Shown here: positions 1 to 12,554 of the stretch, piece after piece | How the letters are laid out: every line of letters starts with the position of its first letter | Numbering within the stretch: the stretch's first letter is position 1 | DNA from: Carcharhinus amblyrhynchos | Taxonomy: Eukaryota | Assembly (NCBI GenBank): GCA_965287045.1 | Contig: OZ336872.1 | Coordinates: 119,350,001-119,414,000, forward strand | Length of the DNA: 64,000 nucleotides | Reading direction: 5' to 3' | The notes under the pieces: model-generated | What the model was told of the DNA's origin: nothing | The model's input: only the letters and a program-made list of their open reading frames with translations | Databases searched by the model: none | Position numbers and translations under genes: made by a program

Positions 1-240
1 TCCATCTGTCTGTAGGACCTTGCTGGGTATCAATTGGCTCCTTTGTTTGCCCATTATAGAGTTGAAATGCAGATCACATATGATTTATCTAAACGGCAGA
101 GCAAGCTCGAAGGATTGAATGGTCAACATCTGCTTCTAATGTTCCTGACAGTCTTTACACTCCAAAAATACTGAATCAGTTGTCCAATGCATTGGATTTA
201 CCTGGGGATGTGAAAGGCACTTTGTAAATGTACTTTCCTT
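1..240 (+). mobile_element. Decayed 3' part of a Deu-SINE/L2-tailed repeat with a nested CR1 3'UTR fragment (~69-146)
   Basis: Resembles the tail of the element at 2570-3012; 'gcagagcaagctcgaaggattgaatgg...gcttctaatgttcct' resembles the CR1 3'UTR at 6860-6957. Confidence 0.45.
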
Positions 241-318
241 CTAACAAAAGAGACAACAGAGTTTTCAAATGCAAATAGCTTTCCTGCTAGTGACATTAAG
301 TTATCAGAATTGGGTAAT

Positions 319-625
319 CATAGAATCCTTACAGCGTAGAAAGAGGCCATTTGGCCCATCGGGTCAGCACTGACCACAATCCCACCTAAGCCCTATCCCC
401 ATAACCCCACGTATTTAACCTGCTAATGCCCCTGACACTAAGGGACAATTTAGCATGGTCAATTGACCTAACCAGTACACCTTTGGACCGTGGGTGGAAA
501 CTGGAGCACCCAGAGAAAAACCACGTAGTTATGGGGAGAACGTGCAAACTCCACACAGACAGTGACCCGAGTCTGGAATTGAACAAGGCTCGCTGGTGCT
601 GTGAGCCAGCAGTGCTAATCACTGA
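319..625 (-). mobile_element. HE1-type V-SINE (CR1/HER1 tail)
   Basis: Reverse complement of tRNA head, V-domain (GGTTTCCTCCCACAGTCCAAAG...GGCCATGCTAAATT) and ...GGATTCTATGA tail. Confidence 0.9.
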
Positions 626-1257
626 GGTAAGGCAAATCTGTGTAAGCTGAGGTGAGGCAAAAAAATGACCAGTCTGTTCCCAATTATTGTGATGCTTCAA
701 TGTCAGTGATTGAGCAAGTGGATAAGAAACCTAAAATAGAGATAGTCAGTTCCGAACCAAAACATCTGGAGCTACCAAGGAAAATAAATCTGCCATTTAC
801 CCAACCGACAGTTGAGAAGATGGAAGACCTTTCCTTGTAATCCAATCCATCGGTAGAGTAGGGCAGTAGACCATTCCGTTGTACCCAGTTCTAGCTTAGC
901 ATTTGCTAAACATTTGCTGCCAATATTATAAATATTTTTTGATCAACTGCTGAATTATCAGTGCTGCTTCATAGAATACCTACATTCCAAAGTATCTATT
1001 TCAAGAATCCATTGAATGGCAAAAGAACAGGAAGGACCATCTTCTTGTTTGCAAAGAATATTGGCCACATTTCTATGCTGACGAGTTAATTTTATTGTCT
1101 TGTACTAACAGTCCTTTAACTGATCTGCAATGGAAGATGTTTAAGTTACGATACCTCTCTAACATTTGGTTATGGTGAATATTTTATCCAGCAATATATC
1201 GATGCAGAGACTTCATTTATTACAAACTGCTGTTACAAATTACAATTAGAGACCTTG

Positions 1258-1690
1258 CCCGGAATTTTATCGCCTTGCCCGTCCCTCACAGAACAGAAAT
1301 CTCCGTTGGCCTGGGGTGGGATTTTACAATCTTGCCCGAGCAAAGTCATAAAATCCCATCCTTTGGGTGGGATTTTTTGGCCCTGCTTGCCCCAAAATCA
1401 AAATACCCTGCCCGAGGTCAAAGGACCTTTGCATGGTCCACCCAGTGAAGCAGTTGAGGCTACCTCACTGAATGTTTTTAAAGCAAGGATAGATACATTT
1501 TTGAACAGTAAAGGAATTAAGGGTTATGATAGACGGGTGGGTAAGTGGAGATGAGTCCACAAAAAGATCTGCCATGATCTTATTGAACGGTGGAGCAGGC
1601 TCGAGGGGTCAGATGGCCTACTCCTGCTCCTCGTTCTTATGCATTCCATCCACTACAATTCCCATGGCGGTGGGACAGGAAAATTCCCCC
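1258..1690. mobile_element. Cluster of MITE-like elements; the copy at 1365-1690 is interrupted by a CR1 fragment
   Basis: GGGTGGGATTTT...AAAATTCCCCCC termini and internal 'cccgaggtcaa.ggacct' shared with 4570, 42092, 44403, 59267. Confidence 0.65.
1441..1641 (+). mobile_element. CR1 LINE 3' fragment nested in MITE
   Basis: Encodes ...EAVEATSLNVFKARIDTFLNSKGIKGY followed by CR1 3'UTR ending TTCTTATG. Confidence 0.9.
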
Positions 1691-2569
1691 CCTCCCCTTC
1701 AGTGTCGGTTTTGTATTAGCCAATCTCCTGTATTGTATGTGCGTATTTTTAAATTAATTATCCATTCATGAGTGGATTAAAGAATGGGGGATTGATACAT
1801 GATATCACCACAATTCTTCCGAAACCAATGAACTAACTGAAAAATGTTGACCAACTCAATGAGCTTGATGACAGATTATTGCTGTTGTGCAATGATCTCA
1901 CTAGCCAGTGATTGCACTAACTCAATGAGTTTATTGATTGATGATGACATCAACTCAATGTTTCACTGACTAGTGATCACACCAATTCAATGGTTTCAGT
2001 TAACCAGTACCATGCACTAACCTAACAATCCATTCTGGTCTGCTATAGTGAATCACTGTGTTTTTAATAAACTGTCAAAGTTGACATCAGGAATACATTC
2101 AGAATCCAGGGTGTTGCAAGTCAAAATACTGATATCAGCTTGACATTTGCAGCAAAACTGGCAGACTTCAATTATACTGCTGATTGCGCCTCACTTCATA
2201 TTGATCTCATCCAGAAACGAACTCTGAGCTTGGGTGTTTTCATACATGCAGAGAGCTCACTCACTGCTTGGTTAAGTTTCAATGTAATAAGAGGGAACAT
2301 TATGTTCGCAGCATTCAAATCTCTTAATAACTTAGAAAAAAGCCGTAAACTTCAAACAGAAAGTTCCCAGGCCCATTCTTTTGTTTAAAAGTATTTGTGA
2401 AATATAGGCCGGGATTCTCCCAAAAAAGTTTGAAGTGTCGAATTTGCTGGAAAACAGGGGTAAATCGTGCTGGTTTTACAATGGGAGTTCACACTAGAAC
2501 CTCCCCCAGAGCTCTGACTCAGGAGAACTGGCCCCAGACCTCTGATTAGGCTAGAGGTACAGCACACCC

Positions 2570-3012
2570 AAAAAAGAACACTTGCACTTAGATAGCTCCC
2601 TTCCTCACCACCGGATGCCTCAAAGCACTTTGCAGCCAATGAAATACACTTTGAAGGGTGATCACTGTTGCAACATAGGAAATATGACAGCAATTTTGCA
2701 CATAGCGAACTCCCACACACAGCAATGTGATAGTGACCAGATAACTCTGTTTTTGTGATGTTGATTGAGGGATGCAATACCAGGGACATCGACCCTGTCC
2801 TTCTTCGAAACAGTGCCATAGGATCTTTTACACCAACCTAAGCAAGCAGATGGAGCCTCATATCTTATTCAAGAAAGAGTACCTCTGACAGTGCAGTGCT
2901 CCCTCAGTGCTGCATTCAAATGTCAGTTTCGATTTCTGTGCTCAAGTCTTGGAGTAGGAACCGAATCCTAGAACTTTATGACTCAGAAATGAAAATGCTT
3001 CCAACTGAACAT
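2570..3012 (-). mobile_element. Deu-SINE (SacSINE1/AmnSINE-like) relic
   Basis: Contains rc of 'gcagcactgagggagcactgcactgtcagaggt' core, tRNA-like head near 3010 and L2-like tail; homologues at 14080, 27760, 41660, 49500. Confidence 0.75.
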
Positions 3013-4569
3013 AGAACTGCTGAAAGATGGAGGTAGTGGTTCAAGTCTCCTGCTTTCATTCATTTGGGAGTTGTATTGGAGATCTGAATCCCAAATGATC
3101 CTTCCCCTATTGCATCAAAGCACATCCACAACCATTTTCCTTGATGATAAAAATATTGAAATGGCACGCTGTGGAACACCCTCTGCATGAAAAGGACTGT
3201 GCCACGTGGAAAATCAGAAAAATTCCTTCGCTCTCTATCCAACAGAAACATTTCCTCTTTATGATAATGACACATTAAATTTGACAGCCATTTATCCCGA
3301 CGTAACGTGGTCCCTAGTAAGAGCAATGAGCGTTACTGAAATCCCCAAAGGGAACTCAAAACATATGTTCATGTTGCAGACCTGGCAGAGTTGACTGAGG
3401 AATCCTCCTTTTTCTTTTCCTCATTTCTAAAGAACTAGGCTGCGGTCCAATTCAGGAGCCGTGAAGGCAGGCCACCTCTCAGTGTTGGTTAAGAGCATCA
3501 AGTGAAGAGAATAAAGGCGATCTTTGTTTAAAAGAACATGACTCTATTGGAACGGACCGCTCCTAATTGAACTGCCTCTACTTTCAATGGACAATGGCTA
3601 CAGATGCATCACTTGATGTGTCAACAGCTGTCTCTCAGAGGTTATGCTATCAATTTGCCTTTTGTTGCTGTCGATGATGTGAACTAAGCGACAGCATTGT
3701 CATTGATATACCTTTTTTAAAGTGCCACACATTTCATTCTTTATCATCATCACTTCTCACTTCAAGGATCATCCACGGTTCCCTGTGAGTCACTGCAGTA
3801 TCCCACACTATAGGATCTCATCTAATATTCTATATGCAGACTTTCCAGACACTTGTTTCCACTTTTGAGTTTTTCCATTAGATTTCTGTGGTACTTTGTG
3901 CAGTACTGTCTAGCTGTTTGAAAGACGTTATGTAACAGTAGTGTTTATTAGTGTACTGGCCTTAAGCCCTCGCTTCATGCCTGGGCCAGATTTATCCACT
4001 CCTGGCAGAATGCCTGGGTGATCTTTTGGGGCTTTACACTACGAATAGGTTTTAAAAATTTGAACTAAAAATTCACATATATATGTACAAGACAGAAAGA
4101 GCCCACATAACATGAAGGCTGAGAAGTAGACAGAGGGCTTTAATGTTTCACTCACTTTCATTGTACTACTGGTTAACTTGAGGCATATAAAATAGTTCAT
4201 AGAAATGTGACATTCTCTATCAAAAGCAACCAATAAAACTTGTCAAAAAGTGGTTCTTGTTCTCTCAAGCACTGCTTTGCATGTGACTGAATGTCAGGAA
4301 ATTAAACTAGACTGTGGCTCTCTCCTTCACTCATTTCTCAAAATACAAATCTTGAGAACTTCAAGCAAAATTAAACATGACCTGACTAATTTTAAACGGA
4401 GAAGCATAATACTTAGATTCCTGTATTCACCATTTAAATTCATTTTGTGAGAATTTGGCAACGCGTCTAGGTCTGGGATACTGGTGAGAAAAAGTGGCAA
4501 CTTGAATAGGTCATTCTTGTCCCTATACAGCTATATTCTCCCTTTAAAGCTCTCAATCTTCTCCTCTTT

Positions 4570-4695
4570 GGGCGGGATTTTCCAGCCACACTCGCCTCAA
4601 GACCGAAAAATCCCACCCGAGGTCAACAGACCTTAGTCTGGTCCACCCCTGCCTGTTAGGATTCCTGTGGCGGGCAGGACGGCAAGTTCCACCCC
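4570..4695 (+). mobile_element. MITE-like ~125-bp element
   Basis: Imperfect TIRs GGGCGGGATTTTCC / GGCAAGTTCCACCC; >=10 copies in window. Confidence 0.7.
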
Positions 4696-4914
4696 TTGTC
4701 TCAGTAGCTGCTGCGTCATTAACTACAAGGTACAACTGGTATCAACGATCATCAACAACTGTTGTAAGTTTGAAAACAGCTGGTAACTGTGTGTATGAGA
4801 CATGATTCCAAGTTCTAATCCTAAAAGGTTCATCAAGAAAAGTTCCTTCCACACCATCTGAAATCAGCATTGCTTGTACACAGGCCAGTGACGTGCGTTG
4901 GAGCTTGCAATCAC

Positions 4915-5243
4915 CGAATCATAGAATACTTCAGTGCAAAAGAGGCCTTTTGGCCCATTAAATCTGCATGAAGTGTCCTGACTTACCCACCTAATCTCAC
5001 TTGCCAGCACTCAGCCCATAGCCTTGAATGTTATGACGTGCCAATACTCATCCAGTTACTTTTTAAAGGATGTGAGGCATCCCGTCTCCACCACCCTCCC
5101 AGGCAGTGCATTCCAGGCCATCACCACCCTCTGAGTGAAGAAGTTTATCCTCAAATCCCTCCTAAACTTCCCACCCCTCACTCTCAACTTGTGTCCCCTC
5201 GTAAGTAACTAAGGCGAACAGCTGTTCCCCACCCACCCTGTGC
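4915..5243 (-). mobile_element. CR1/HER1-like LINE 3' fragment
   Basis: rc encodes FTQRVV..WNALPG motif followed by 3'UTR; homologous to 14978-15432. Confidence 0.85.
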
Positions 5244-5367
5244 AATATTGTCGAAGGAGTGGCAACTGCCCAAGAGGAGTAACAACTTAACTATTTCCTG
5301 TTATAACTACTTACAGAGAGTGGGAATGATGCTACCAATTGCTTTGACTCTAAATTCTCAAACCCAG

Positions 5368-5695
5368 ATGGCATGGTAGCACAGTGGTTAGCACTGCTGC
5401 TTCACAGCTCCAGGGACCTGGGTTCGATTCTTGGCTTGGGTCACTGTCTGTGTGGAGTTTGCACATTCTCCTCGTGCCTGCGTGGGTTTCCTCTGGGTGC
5501 TCAGGGTTCCTCCCACAGTCCAAAGATGCGCAGGTTAGGTTGATTGGCCATGCTAAATTGACCGTAGATGCATAGGTTAGAGAGGTTTAGTGGGTAAAAT
5601 ATGTAGTGATTGGGGGTGGGGCCTAGGTGAGATTGTGGTTGATGTAGACTTGATGGGCCGAAGGGCTTCTCTCTGTACTGTAGGGTTCCTATGAT
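5368..5695 (+). mobile_element. HE1-type V-SINE
   Basis: A box TAGCACAGTGG, B box GGTTCGATTC, V-domain, CR1-like tail GGGCCGAAGGGC...CTATGA. Confidence 0.92.
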
Positions 5696-5930
5696 CTGTG
5701 AGAGCCCGTACACAGCTCCCTGATTTTTGCATGTCAGTCCAATTCACATGACCCGTTGAAAACTTACCACTTAAAGGGGCTTGCTTGTACAGAAGATAAT
5801 ACTGTACATAATGTGTCACTGATTTCTAATGAGGTTGTCTGTGATTTATACTGTCCCGCACACTTCTTTCTGCTGGTGATCCATTTTCCTGTCTCTCAGG
5901 GAATGAATACTTGCATTTTGTTGGGGTTGA

Positions 5931-6857
5931 GTGCCCCAGGGGTCGGTGCTGGGGCCTCAGCTTTTTACCATTTATATAGATGATCTGGAGGAGGGAACCG
6001 AGTGCAGGGTGTCGAAATTTGCTGATGACACCAAGATTGGGGGAACGGCAAATTGTGCGGAGGGTGTGGAGAGTCTGCGGAAGGATCTAGATAGGCTGGG
6101 CGAATGGGCCAGGAAATGGCAAATGGAATTTAATGTTGGCAAGTGTGAGGTGGTCCACTTTGGTAGGAAGAATGGTAGGAAGGACTATTACTTACGTGGC
6201 GAAAAACTGCAGCAGGCAACGGTGCAGAGGGACCTCGGGGTCCTTGTGCATGAGTCGCAAAAACCCAGCTTGCAGGTGCAGCAGGTGGTCAGGAAGGCGA
6301 ATGGGATGCTGGCCTTCATAGCGAGGGGGATTGAATATAAAAGTAGGGAGGTCTTGCTGCGGCTGTATAGGGCATTGGTGAGGCCGCAGCTGGAGTACTG
6401 TGTGCAGTTTTGGGCGCCACACCTGCGCAAAGATATTTTGGCCTTGGAGGGAGTGCAGAGGAGGTTTACTAGGCTGATACCGGAGTTGAGGGGGTTGAGC
6501 TATGAGGAGAGGCTGAATAAACTAGGCTTGTACTCGTTGGAGTTTAGAAGAATGAGGGGAGATCTCATTGAGACGTATAAGATGATGAATGGGATGGATA
6601 GGATAGAGGTGGAGAGACTCTTCCTGCTCAAAAAAGACAGTAGGACTAGGGGGCACAGCCTCAAGATAAAGGGGGGGCGGTTTAGAACGGAGTTGAGGAG
6701 GAACTTCTTCACTCAAAGGGTGGTGAATCTCTGGAATTCTCTGCCCGTTGAAGTGGTGCAGGCTGCCTCGCTAAATATTTTTAAGATGCGGGTTGATGGG
6801 TTTTTGATAAGAGAGGGGATTAAGGGTTATGGGGAGAGGGCGGGAATGTGGAACTGA
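5931..6857 (+). pseudogene. CR1 ORF2 reverse transcriptase fragment (5'-truncated, no true start)
   Basis: PQGSVLGP, SKFADDTK, WQMEFNVGKC, RDLGV, LVRPQLEYCVQFWAP, FFTQRVVNLWNSLP motifs. Confidence 0.95.
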
Positions 6858-6957
6858 GCCACGACAGATCAGCCATGATCTTATTGAATGGCGGGGCAGG
6901 CTCGAAGGGCTAGATGGCCTACTCCTGCTCCTATTTCTTATGTTCTTATGTTCTTAT
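5931..6957 (+). mobile_element. Young 5'-truncated CR1-clade LINE
   Basis: Uninterrupted ORF2 C-terminal half, 3'UTR and (TTCTTATG)n tail; near-identical to 18542-19567. Confidence 0.97.
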
Positions 6958-7021
6958 TTGGGCATTTTCTGCAACATGGAAATCAGGCACAATTTTGTGA
7001 AAAGCAATGGCACTGGAGAAT

Positions 7022-7346
7022 GAATCATAGAAAATCATAAAATCCTTATAGTACAGAAGGAGGCCATTTGGCCCATTGGCCCATCAGACCCACACTGACA
7101 ACAATCTCACCCAGGCCCTATCCCTGTAGCCCCATGCATTTATCCTGCAATCACCCCGACACTAAGCAGCAATCTTTATATGGCCAATCAAACTAACCCG
7201 CACATCTTTGGACTGTGGGAGGAAACCCACACAGACACAGGGCGAATGTGCAAACTTCACACGGACAGTGACCTAAGACTGGAATTGAACCCGGGTCCTT
7301 GATGCAGTGAGGCAGCAGTGCTAACCACTGTGCTGCCATGCTGCCC
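7022..7346 (-). mobile_element. HE1-type V-SINE
   Basis: Full head, V-domain and CR1 tail on minus strand. Confidence 0.9.
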
Positions 7347-9624
7347 TACAAGCAAGAAACACTGATGGTATACATAAGCACACATGTCTGTGCCACATGT
7401 GATAATCCAAACCATACACAAATACACTTTCACTCATATTAGCTTGCACAAAATGCCACCTCCCCTGCATTATATATAGCCACAAACGCCGACAGCCTCA
7501 AACAGTGCCAAGAGAAGAATACCATCCAAACACAGGTAGACACTTTCGTCCATAAAATCTTACAATGGCAATGCTGGCACTTTGAAAGAGTTGTCAAGTT
7601 AGTCCCACTCTCCTGCTGTTTCTCTTTAGGCCTTCAATATTTTTTCCTTTTCCAGTTTATGTGCATTTACCCACCCTGTCAATTTTTTTTGCCATATTTA
7701 CCATCTTCACAAGTGCCATCTGAACAAAGGGAAACAGATGTTTCATGTTCTGATTGGCACAGCCCAGGCTGGCATCGTTATGTTTGGCTTGCTTCTGGGC
7801 AGGTTTGGTTAGACTTGGCTTGAACTGCAAATGAAATATTAAAAGATGAATGTGGTCTGGCTGCCAGTGTAATGTGACATGTGTTCGGTGCATGAGGAGT
7901 ATTCCAGTATATTCTCGAGATTATATGTGTGAGATTGCAGGCTCAGGTATAGTTCTGTCAAGATAATACCCACAAAATTGACATTCAGAACAAAAGGAGA
8001 AAAATAGAAAAATTTCAAACAGCATAGTCATGGACATTAATATCCATTTTTAATAATCCTTATTCTAACTGGTGCAATGCTTGAATTTCACAATTTCATA
8101 TTCAGTTAATGAGGGTGAACATGGTGACACAGTGGGCCAAATGGCCTCTTTTTGCACTGTGGGGATTCTATGATTTTAAGTTAATAAATATAAAGATGGG
8201 AATAAGAAAACATCAACTCATCTATTTTGTCTATTTAAATCAAGATAAAAAAATGTACAAGATGATACTTGTTCTTGGCACCAATTGTATATTGAATTAA
8301 AGCTTCATAATATCAAGAGTTTGAGATAGGAGAGGGTTGGGTTTTATCTCATTTACTTACTTTATCATCTTGCACCATTTTTTTTAGCCAGATTCATTTT
8401 TATTAAACTATTTTCATTCACTTGCCCTTTCCCTTTTCCATTAATCATGCCTAGACAATAGGGGCTGGACTTTGATTATTAAAAATAGCAGGTGAGACTC
8501 TGATGTGAAAACCCTACTCCCATTTCTGACAAATCCCATTTTTCCAAGCGGAGGAAGGGGGCTGGGCATAACTCACACAAGCAGAAAACACGAACTCAGC
8601 TGTGCCACTGGGGCTGGTCGCAAAATGAAGGAATAGATGAAAATGCTCTTGAACGGTGGGTGAGATCTTTTCAAATGGCATGATCTGAAATATTTAAAAA
8701 CCCTGCTTTTTAAACATGAAAGAAAACAGGCGAAGCTGTCAGTGAGAATAAAAAACCCTCTGCTGGACTGCTTTGATTGGCAGGCAACCTGCTGTGGGTT
8801 AGGAAGAAGCATTCCCATTTGATCATGCAGTTTCAGTAGAGGTTTTTGTTGACATTTCCTAAGGGCTTATTATGAATGCTTGGCTGGGTTTCAAAGCTAT
8901 AAAATTCTCAGCAAGGGGTTCTTAAATTTAGTTTGATTGGAAGTTGAAATAGGTTATTAAAGGAGTAATTGTCTTTGATGTGGGGTCTGAATCAAAGTTT
9001 GTTTTTATTAGCGATTAACCTTCTGAGGACATTTAAAGCTGTTAATGGAGATTTTCTTCACTCTGGAGTGTCTATGACTGTGACGTGTATTAGATAATTA
9101 ATTTTATTTTGTCTCCACATGGTTCCAGGGATCTGCCAATGGGTAATACTGGGGAGTGGCCATGGACATGGCATGAGGGGGCAAGGTATCAGGGGGCATG
9201 GGAACACAAGCTGGTGAGAGAATAGAGGGGTGAAGCCTGGAGGGCCTATTAGTTATGTAGACAAGTGGGACAAAGCCCTTGAGATCCCAGATGGGCCTTC
9301 TAACCAGCTCACCTCAGCACACAGGAGGTAAACATGAGCAGCCTAAGGATGACTATTGGATATTCCCTGGCTACTGTAGAAAAACTCCATGCAGACCAAT
9401 TGTCGTCCACTGTCCTATTGGCTAGTATATGAAAACTATAGATGTAAGAGAAATAGTTGATGAAACAATTTGAACAAGTGAAAAAGGGTGTCTCAACTGG
9501 ACATTTTTGGTTGGAATTATGTAGCGTACATAAGTGAAATAAATGAACTGTATAATATATTTTCCTGATTAAACCATTGCAGCTGGTGACTGTAGGAACT
9601 TTCTGTTTCAAAATTTGCATATTT

Positions 9625-9920
9625 CATAGAATCCCTAAGCGCAGAAAGAGGTTATTTGGCCCATTGAATCTGCACCAACTATAATACCCCCCAGGCCCTA
9701 TCCCCGTAGCCCCACATATTTACCTAATGCCCCTAACACTAAGGGACAATTTAGCATGGCCAATCAACCTAACCTTTGGACTGTGGGAGGAAACCAGAGC
9801 ACACGGAGGAAGCCCACGTAGATATGGGGGAAATGTGCAAAGTCCACACTGACAGTCACCCGATGCTGGAATTGAACCCGGATCCCTGGCGCTGTGAGGC
9901 AGCAGTGCTAACCACTGTAC
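9625..9920 (-). mobile_element. HE1-type V-SINE
   Basis: Head, V-domain and CR1 tail; its 5' part and flank are duplicated in inverted orientation at 12555-12808. Confidence 0.9.
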
Positions 9921-11559
9921 TAAGCATTTAAAGAATTAAACCATATGACATGATTGAATCTTCATTTTTTTAGAAGTGATAATGTGCCAAGTGATTATTG
10001 TCAAAAGGCTCCAGTAATTTTGCCTTTTGGCACATGATCCTGAATTCAGGCCAACCTGCCAGCCTTACACAAATTAAGTTATATGCAGGATTATTTAATG
10101 TCCCTCACACAAAATTGTCAAGTTATATACAGGAATTGATGACTGTTGAGAATCTTAATAATATTTGCACAATGTATTATCATTGATAATCAACTTTAAC
10201 TTCGACATTGATGGAAATATGAGTGGGAAATGCTTTCATCTGATTCAAACCACGACATAATGTCAAAATTACCAAAAGAATCAGAACGCACCAAAATATG
10301 TTATAAAAAGCTGTAGTTACAAATCTCATATTCCCTTAAAAAGTGTTGCTTTGAAACTCTGGTGTAGTGTCCCAGCCGTTTCCAGCTAGTTTGATGCAGA
10401 AGTGTTGTCCAATTTGAAATGAACTATACTGACCACTTGCACACACAGTGACCTTTAAAACCTGACCACCATATTCCAATCTCACTCAACCATGTTACAT
10501 GCGATGTGGGACTACAAGGATAAGATCCTTTCACAAAAGCTAAGTTAACGGGAAGGAATTGCTGAGCAAGTCCGAGTGTTAGGAAACACAGTGATATTTT
10601 CACTGCAAAATAGCATAAGAACTGTAACAAAACTCCATAGCAATTCTGAGTTGAGCTCAAGTATAATACGCTCTCAGTAAGAAAAGGGACCTATCTGTTA
10701 TCAATCTTCCAAGTGCTAGAGGAAATGGAGGATGCTGACCTGAAACCCACTCCCTTGGGTCAGTGCATGCTGGGAAGGAAAACAGGCTACAGAGCAGACA
10801 ATTTTCAGCTTGGCTGCATTCACTTTCTCTACGAGGTCTCATGAAAACAAACTGACATAACAAAGGACGCAAAATTAATGACCCGTGCTCTTTGTCAATT
10901 GACTCCGAGTACCAGCAGCCAATTCACCTTAATTTTTTTTTACTTTTGTAAACTTTCAACATGTCCTCTGGCATCTGGCTGAGGCTCTCGACATCAGACT
11001 CTTCAAAGAGCTCAGTTGTAGCCCTTTTTTTCTGTAATTTGTTAATATAGCGTAATTATGCTTCCATAACAACAAACAAACAAGTAGTTTGGGGTCAGCG
11101 TTAAGCTATTAGCTGAAACATTTAAGATAGGAGCTAATTAAAATCACCTCCCCAGTGTAGTCTTGTACTTCATAGGGAGGACTAATCAATAACAACTGTC
11201 AACTTATTCTTTCTGTTTAAAGACTCGCATGAAGAACATGTCTCAGAACTTCAGGTCACATCAAAGGGAGATTTAATCAAAATCTCAAGTCGCATTGCGC
11301 TTAGTAAAATAATTTAAAAACTCCAGCTCCTGAAGCGCTATATGTTCTTTAATTTGTTTTGCCTACATGACTTGTCATCCCAAATTTCCTGGAATAAATC
11401 CATAAATATTCAAAATTTGCTGCTCTAATCTGCTTGAGTCTGTGGAGCCCCCGCACAATGCAATATTCAAGGGCCTAATCTCTGCAGCCAGCTTTCAAAA
11501 CGGCAGACAGAGGGCTGGGGGAAATATATAGAATTACACATTTTGAATTAAGAAACAGA

Positions 11560-11686
11560 GCAGAATTTACTCATCCCGCCTGCCACGGGAATCGTGGCTG
11601 GCGGGATATGAACCATACAAAGGTCTGTTGACCTCAGGCAGAATTTTCCGGCCTTGGGGGTGAGTGTGGCTGGAAAATCCCACCCA
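11560..11686 (-). mobile_element. MITE-like element
   Basis: Reverse complement of the 4570 family, ends GGAAAATCCCACCC. Confidence 0.7.
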
Positions 11687-11719
11687 GAATCTTGAACATG
11701 GGGGAAGAAATGGGGGGGG

Positions 11720-12027
11720 ACATTGGCACAGTGGTTAGCACTGCTGCCTCACTGTGCCAGGGACACAAGATCGATTCCCTGCTTGGGTCACTGCATGTGT
11801 GGAGTCTGCATGTTCTCCCCGTGTCTGCGTGGGTTTCCTCCGGGTGCTCCAGTTTCTTCCCACAGTCTGAAAGACGTGCTGGTTAGATGCATTGTCTGTG
11901 CTAAATTCTCTCTCAGTGTACTCAAACAGATGCCAGAATGTGGGACAAGGGAATTTTAATAGTAACTTCATTGCAGTGTTAATGTAAGCCAACTTGTGAT
12001 ACTAATAAATAAATTTAAACTTTAAAC
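11720..12027 (+). mobile_element. V-SINE, type-B tail
   Basis: HE1-like head and V-domain, but tail ...GTAACTTCATTGCAGTGTTAATGTAAGCC...AATAAATAAA(T)TTAAAC. Confidence 0.88.
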
Positions 12028-12454
12028 ATTTCACTGACAGACGTTAAATAAATCTTTATACCATCCAAATTATTGGGCAGTTCTGGTGAGGCAGTGTCAA
12101 CAACTGTAAAGAAAATGGGATCCAATCTCACCAAGGGTCATGGTGAGTAACCTTTCAGGTTCCAGCATAAAACATGTTATCATAAGTCTATCTCTTGATA
12201 AAGGCCATCACTGCACTGGTTGACCTCCTGAACACTTCCTTCTGAATTGTCTCAGACTTGTATTTGTTCATTTGAGGTGGTGGAGGGACTTTGGAACCCA
12301 TGGCCTCACTGGACTGTGCACCTTTGGTATAAAAGCTGTAATTTAAATGCTAATCATGAACACGAGTGAAAATATATTGCAGTGGACATTTGATAACACC
12401 GTACTTTCCTCCTGATTAACTATTAAACCCCTTCCACAAAGTGCTTAAAGTTAA

Positions 12455-12550
12455 TGATGAAGGAGCAGTGCTCTGAAAGCTTGGGCTTGTGCTACCAAAT
12501 AAACCTGTTGGATGTTAACCTGGTGTTGTGAGACTTCTTACTGTGTTTAC
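12455..12550 (+). mobile_element. Penelope-like pLTR fragment with decayed hammerhead core
   Basis: TGATGA-A-GGAGC-AGT-GCTCT-GAAAGCTT followed by CAAATAAACCTGTTGGA..TAACCTGGTGTTGT...CTGTGTTTAC, homologous to 19625-19719. Confidence 0.8.
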
Positions 12551-12554
12551 TTCA

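Noticed and set aside
386-700. Recurrent short ORFs such as MAQWLALLPHSARD... and ...SLSVWSLHVLP...
   Set aside because: Chance translations of V-SINE copies, with inconsistent frames between copies.
5368-5440. tRNA genes at SINE heads (here and in other copies)
   Set aside because: A and B boxes are present but run straight into SINE bodies, without a complete cloverleaf.
6133-6716. Overlapping and antisense ORFs repeated at 18744-19323
   Set aside because: Shadow frames of the near-identical CR1 copies.
5915-6970. TSD around the first young CR1
   Set aside because: Only a 5-bp TTGGG match offset from the junction; not convincing.
9309-9390. Minus-strand mini-exon with GTGAGC donor
   Set aside because: Lies in what looks like a decayed repeat (~8460-9400); no partner exon or homology.
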